Source: an uncultured virus (IMG/VR IMGVR_UViG_3300035670_000158)
Lineage: Duplodnaviria > Heunggongvirae > Uroviricota > Caudoviricetes
Length of the DNA: 20,000 nt
Virus record (IMG/VR): IMGVR_UViG_3300035670_000158
Location: 51,251-71,250 of that record
Strand: one strand, 5' to 3'
Every line of letters begins with the position of its first letter. Position 1 is the stretch's first letter. A program made the translations under genes and the position numbers. The notes beneath the pieces are model-generated. The model did no database searches and was not told the DNA's origin. It was given only the letters and a program-made list of their open reading frames with translations. This document shows, one piece after another, positions 15,555 to 20,000 of this stretch.

Positions 15555-16720
15555 TGTATTGGCCCTTGATGGAAGACACGATTACATTGAGTGATCGTAT
15601 GAAAATGGCAACATTTTTGTTGACAAGTAGCAGACTCACTAATGGTCCAAAGGTTCGTGAGTTTGAATCTGCCTGGTCAAATTGGTTGGGAGTAAAGCAT
15701 TCACTGTATGTTTCTAGTGGCAGCACTGCTAACTCTCTATTGATTGCTGCTGTAAAGGAAAAATATGATTTGAAAGATGGTGATAAAGTTCTCGTTCCTG
15801 CAACTACTTGGATGACTAATGTTGCTCCAGTGTTTCAGGCAGGACTACAACCAATCTTTTGTGATATTAACTTGGGGAACTTTTCTTTTGATGAAAAAGA
15901 ACTAGAGTATGTTGCGACTCAGTATCCAGATATCAAGGTTGTTTTTATTACACACTTGATTGGTCTGTCTTCCAACGTTGAAAAAGTTCGTGAGATCTTT
16001 CCAAATGCAATCATTTTAGAAGACGTTTGCGAATCTCATGGAGTATGTGGACCTGATGGAGAAAAGAGAGGAATAAAATCTACTGGTTCTACTTTTAGTT
16101 TCTATTTTGGTCATCATATGACTACTATTGAAGGTGGAGTTGTATGCACCAATGATACTGAATTGTATGAACTGATGCGTCTCAAGCGTAGTCATGGTAT
16201 GGCAAGAGAAGCTTCTCCTCATATCTTTAAGAAGTATGCAGAACAAAATCCAGAAATTGATAAAATGTTTTTGTTTGTGACTGATGGATATAACTTCCGT
16301 AATCATGAAGTTTGTGCTGTGCTTGGTTTATCTCAATTGAAGAGACTTGATAGAAATATTGAAATTCGTAGAAGTAATTACAAAAAATTTCACACTGGTT
16401 TAGTGCATACTTCGGGATACAAACTTCCCCACTATCAAAAAGGTAATAGTAGTTTCTCTTTCCCAGTTATTGCAAATGATGAAAGCACTATCAAGGTGCT
16501 GAAAAAAGTTTTGACTAATAATCAAATTGAGTATCGTCCAATTATCAGTGGCAATCTTTTGAGGCATCCAGCATTTAAAAAATATGAACTTTGCACACAA
16601 AGAGAAAATCCAAATGTAGAAATTCTTCATCGCAATGGTCTTTATGTTGGTAACAGTCAATTTGTTACTCATAAAAAAGTAGATCGTCTTCTTCAGATTC
16701 TTGAACAAGTATCGTCATGA
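15554..16720 (+). CDS. DegT/DnrJ-family PLP enzyme, ColD-like GDP-4-keto-6-deoxymannose 3-dehydratase
   Basis: SSGSTAN, EDVCESHG, FSFYFGHHMTTIEGG (His at the usual PLP-Lys position), GYNFR. Confidence 0.8.
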   Translation: MYWPLMEDTITLSDRMKMATFLLTSSRLTNGPKVREFESAWSNWLGVKHSLYVSSGSTANSLLIAAVKEKYDLKDGDKVLVPATTWMTNVAPVFQAGLQPIFCDINLGNFSFDEKELEYVATQYPDIKVVFITHLIGLSSNVEKVREIFPNAIILEDVCESHGVCGPDGEKRGIKSTGSTFSFYFGHHMTTIEGGVVCTNDTELYELMRLKRSHGMAREASPHIFKKYAEQNPEIDKMFLFVTDGYNFRNHEVCAVLGLSQLKRLDRNIEIRRSNYKKFHTGLVHTSGYKLPHYQKGNSSFSFPVIANDESTIKVLKKVLTNNQIEYRPIISGNLLRHPAFKKYELCTQRENPNVEILHRNGLYVGNSQFVTHKKVDRLLQILEQVSS

Positions 16721-17130
16721 AAAAAGTTCCCACAGTTTATCTTGCAGGACCAATTGAGGGATGTACAGATGAAGAAATTTTTATTTGGAGAAATGAAGCA
16801 AAAGATCTATTATTTGATGGGGTAAGGGGAATTTCACCTACCAGAATGGAACTATTAGATCCATCTGCTGTAATCACACAAAATTACATGGACATCAAAA
16901 CATGTGATGTTGTTCTTGCATATCTTCCAAAATGTATTAGTGATAGGAGATGTTCCTATGGAACTATTTGTGAAGTTGCCTGGGCATATTCGCACCAAAC
17001 TCCAGTTGTCATAGTTTCTGATGATCCGTACATTCATGAGCATCCTGTTCTAAAAATGATCGGAGTTCATTTTGATTATCTAGAAGATGCTACAACATAC
17101 ATAAATCAATTGCTTGGTGATTATGTTTGA
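16717..17130 (+). CDS. nucleoside 2-deoxyribosyltransferase / nucleotide N-glycosidase-like protein
   Basis: VYLAGPI...DIKTCDVVLAYL...SYGTICEVAWA. Confidence 0.75.
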   Translation: MKKVPTVYLAGPIEGCTDEEIFIWRNEAKDLLFDGVRGISPTRMELLDPSAVITQNYMDIKTCDVVLAYLPKCISDRRCSYGTICEVAWAYSHQTPVVIVSDDPYIHEHPVLKMIGVHFDYLEDATTYINQLLGDYV

Positions 17131-17890
17131 CGTAAAAACAACTGGCACTCTTTCATCTGAGGGTCAGTATAAAAAGAAGGTTCATATTGCATATGATTCT
17201 TTAGTTTATGATCCTAATTGCGATGTGAATGTGATGGTTCAGATTGAACCACCTTCTATCATTAATATTGTTGATGATATTCGCAATCGTGCCGAAAATT
17301 TTGATCTTATTCTGACTTGGAATGAGGATCTCCTTGATCTCCCCAATGCCCAAAAGTTTTTATTTGGAACGTGTTGGATTGACTTTGATACTTTTGAATT
17401 GAAGAAAAGGGATGTTGTATCTTTTATAACAAGTGATAAGGGATGGGCACCAGGACATCAACTTCGCCAACAAATCTGGGCAGGTCTTGAGGATGCTGAA
17501 GATCTAAATGGAATGTCAATCATTAAACATAAGTCACCACCGCGAGTGCCGAACAAGAACTTCCTCTTTGAGGAAGCTAAATATCATATAGTTGTAGAAA
17601 ACGAACAACGAAACAATTGGATAACAGAAAAACTTATTGATTGTTTCGCTTCTAGAACTATTCCAATTTACTGGGGTGCTCCAAACATCGGAGAATATTT
17701 TGATACCGATGGTATGATTATTTTCAATACTATTGAAGAACTCAAGGATATACTTGACAATATATCTCAAAGATTTTATTTTGATCATACAGAAATTATT
17801 ACTGAAAATTATGAAAGATCCAAGCAATATTGGGACTTTCATGCTAGAATTAGAAAAACTATTGAAGATTTCGTAGAAAACAATGACTAA
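17123..17890 (+). CDS. GT10-like (alpha-1,3-fucosyltransferase-type) glycosyltransferase
   Basis: KYHIVVEN...WITEKLIDCF...IPIYWGAPNI motif. Confidence 0.8.
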   Translation: MFDVKTTGTLSSEGQYKKKVHIAYDSLVYDPNCDVNVMVQIEPPSIINIVDDIRNRAENFDLILTWNEDLLDLPNAQKFLFGTCWIDFDTFELKKRDVVSFITSDKGWAPGHQLRQQIWAGLEDAEDLNGMSIIKHKSPPRVPNKNFLFEEAKYHIVVENEQRNNWITEKLIDCFASRTIPIYWGAPNIGEYFDTDGMIIFNTIEELKDILDNISQRFYFDHTEIITENYERSKQYWDFHARIRKTIEDFVENND

Positions 17891-18920
17891 AACTGCACTT
17901 GTTTGTGGCGCTGGTGGATTCATCGGTAGTCACATGGTCCGCCGACTGAAAGAAGAAGGATATTGGGTACGTGGTGTTGATATCAAATATCCAGAATATT
18001 CTCAATCATCTGCCGATGAATTTATTCTGGGCAATCTCACTGATCAAAAGTTCGTAGAAAGAGTAGTTCGTTACTCTGGAGAACAAGGTAATTTTTATCA
18101 TCAAGTGCCTGAAAATTTTCAACAACCATTTGATGAGATTTACCAGTATGCTGCTGACATGGGCGGCGCTGGTTATATCTTTAGTGGTGAAAATGATGCA
18201 GAGGTAATGTATAATTCTGCCATGATCAATCTCAATATTTTGAGAGCACAATTTGAACTTAATAATAGAAAAGAAACTAATAAAACTAAAATATTCTACT
18301 CTTCATCTGCTTGCATGTACCCTGAATATGCTCAGATGGATGTGGATAATCCTGGACTGAAAGAGTCTGATGCATATCCTGCTGGTCCTGACTCTGAGTA
18401 TGGTTGGGAGAAACTGTTCTCTGAGCGTCTGTATCTGACGTTCAATCGTAACCATGGCATTCCTGTTAGGATTGCTCGCTTCCATAACATCTACGGTCCT
18501 GATAGCACCTGGGAAGGTGGTAAGGAGAAGTCTCCTGCTGCTATGTGCCGTAAGGTTGCATATGCTGAGGATGGTGGCACCATTGAAGTATGGGGTGATG
18601 GTGAGCAGACACGTTCATTCCTTTATATTGATGAGTGTGTTGAAGCAACCCGTCGTCTTATGGAGTCCGATTTCCTTGGTCCTGTGAACATTGGTTCTGA
18701 AGAAATGGTTAGTATCAATCGCCTGGTAGAAACTGTTGCTAAGGTGGCAGGCAAGACAATCAACATTGAACACGTTGATGGTCCTTTGGGTGTGCGTGGT
18801 CGTAACTCAAACAACGATCTCATTCGTGAAAAACTTCAGTGGGATTATGGCATGACTCTGGAAGAAGGTATTGCTAAAACTTACGCATGGATCTCTGAAC
18901 AAATTGCTGCTAAGAAATGA
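17883..18920 (+). CDS. NAD-dependent epimerase, GDP-mannose 3',5'-epimerase-like
   Basis: GAGGFIGSH, AADMGGAGYI, SSSACMYP, YGWEK, RFHNIYGP, GGKEKSPAAMCRK, GVRGRNS. Confidence 0.85.
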   Translation: MTKTALVCGAGGFIGSHMVRRLKEEGYWVRGVDIKYPEYSQSSADEFILGNLTDQKFVERVVRYSGEQGNFYHQVPENFQQPFDEIYQYAADMGGAGYIFSGENDAEVMYNSAMINLNILRAQFELNNRKETNKTKIFYSSSACMYPEYAQMDVDNPGLKESDAYPAGPDSEYGWEKLFSERLYLTFNRNHGIPVRIARFHNIYGPDSTWEGGKEKSPAAMCRKVAYAEDGGTIEVWGDGEQTRSFLYIDECVEATRRLMESDFLGPVNIGSEEMVSINRLVETVAKVAGKTINIEHVDGPLGVRGRNSNNDLIREKLQWDYGMTLEEGIAKTYAWISEQIAAKK

Positions 18921-19780
18921 AAACTGTAACTATTCTTGGATCAAGTGGGCAGATCGGTGCCTACTTGACCACTTATCTTCGTGACAAAGGTTACAAGGTA
19001 TATGAGTTTGATATTGTCAGATCACCTCTTGAAGACCTGACGTATTTTCCTAACCAGATTCTTGAAAAAAAGATTCAGGATAGTGACTTTGTGTTCTTCT
19101 TGGCATTTGATGTGGGTGGTTCACGTTATCTTGCCAAGTACCAGCACACATTTGATTTCATCAATAACAATACTAGGTTGATGGCACAAACTTTTAGTCT
19201 TCTTGAAAAATATAAAAGACCATTTGTTTTTGCATCATCCCAGATGAGTAACATGAGTTACTCTCCCTATGGTGTACTCAAGCGTGTAGGAGAACTTTAT
19301 ACCAAGTCACTCAAAGGATTGACCGTAAAGTTCTGGAACGTATACGGCATTGAGCATGACGAAGAGAAATCTCATGTCATCACAGATTTCATTCGTAAAG
19401 GATTTGAAGTTGAGAGCGGTGGAACTGTTGAAATGTTAACTGATGGCACAGAGGAACGTCAGTTCTTGTATGCTGAGGATTGTTGTGAGGCACTAGAAGA
19501 AGTGATGAATTCATTCAGTGATTTCAAAGTTGATGATCCTCTTCACATCACATCTTTTAGGACTACAACCATCAAAGAGATTGCTGGTATTATTACTGGT
19601 CTCTTTAATATTGCAGGAAAGCAAGTCATCTTCAAACCAGCAGAGGCAAAGGATACTGTACAACAGAATAAAAAGAATGAGGCAGACACTTACATTACTG
19701 GTTGGTGGATGCCGAAAACAAACATTCAAGATGGAATTCAAAAAGTTTTCAATGACATGAAAAGGGAGTATACAAAATGA
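18917..19780 (+). CDS. NAD-dependent sugar epimerase/dehydratase (extended SDR)
   Basis: GSSGQIG, FASS, YGVLK, NVYG, RQFLYAED. Confidence 0.85.
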   Translation: MKTVTILGSSGQIGAYLTTYLRDKGYKVYEFDIVRSPLEDLTYFPNQILEKKIQDSDFVFFLAFDVGGSRYLAKYQHTFDFINNNTRLMAQTFSLLEKYKRPFVFASSQMSNMSYSPYGVLKRVGELYTKSLKGLTVKFWNVYGIEHDEEKSHVITDFIRKGFEVESGGTVEMLTDGTEERQFLYAEDCCEALEEVMNSFSDFKVDDPLHITSFRTTTIKEIAGIITGLFNIAGKQVIFKPAEAKDTVQQNKKNEADTYITGWWMPKTNIQDGIQKVFNDMKREYTK

Positions 19781-20000
19781 GTATTGGATATAATGGACTT
19801 GGAAACAATGGTCGTCTAGGAAATCAGATGTTTCAGTATGCCGCTCTTCGTGGCATCGCTGCTCATCGTGGATTTGACTTCATGATTCCTCCTCCGTATG
19901 ACAGCGTAGATAATTACGGTCTTCACGATTGCTTCAAACTGACTAATGTGAATGATAGGAATATTGGATTCCATCCTTCACAGCAGTATGTGCAAGAAAG
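19777..20000 (+). CDS. GT11-like (alpha-1,2-fucosyltransferase-type) glycosyltransferase, partial
   Basis: MSIGYNGLGNNGRLGNQMFQYAALRGIA; runs off the window end. Confidence 0.8.
   Translation, partial: MSIGYNGLGNNGRLGNQMFQYAALRGIAAHRGFDFMIPPPYDSVDNYGLHDCFKLTNVNDRNIGFHPSQQYVQE

Overview
A gene-dense, AT-rich segment of a T4-like cyanomyophage genome, almost all on the + strand. It runs: DNA primase (gp61), nrdA, an inserted oxygenase-like gene, nrdB, a PD-(D/E)XK nuclease, and a cell-wall/lysis block (C39-like peptidase, GH24 lysozyme, small antisense membrane protein, RlpA). Next comes a tRNA array (Arg, Leu, Gly, Val, Ser, Pro, CAT) interleaved with two HNH endonucleases, Dps and unexplained structured RNAs. 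The window ends in a GDP-sugar/glycosyltransferase cluster (GT2-like, Gmd, Fcl/ColC-like, ColD-like, NDT-like, GT10, GME-like, epimerase, GT11). Main observations: (1) the lysozyme domain has no start codon of its own and is reachable by a -1 frameshift signal (A_AAA_AAG plus stem-loop) at the end of the peptidase, predicting a peptidase and a peptidase-lysozyme fusion from one locus; (2) two related HNH cassettes (promoter hairpin + HNH) have stop codons inside the downstream tRNA, and one follows a truncated tRNA remnant; (3) a ~106-nt multibranch T-loop RNA and a tRNA-like RNA with no anticodon stem; (4) an apparently complete GDP-mannose to GDP-colitose pathway. All calls come from reading motifs by eye; no searches were run.
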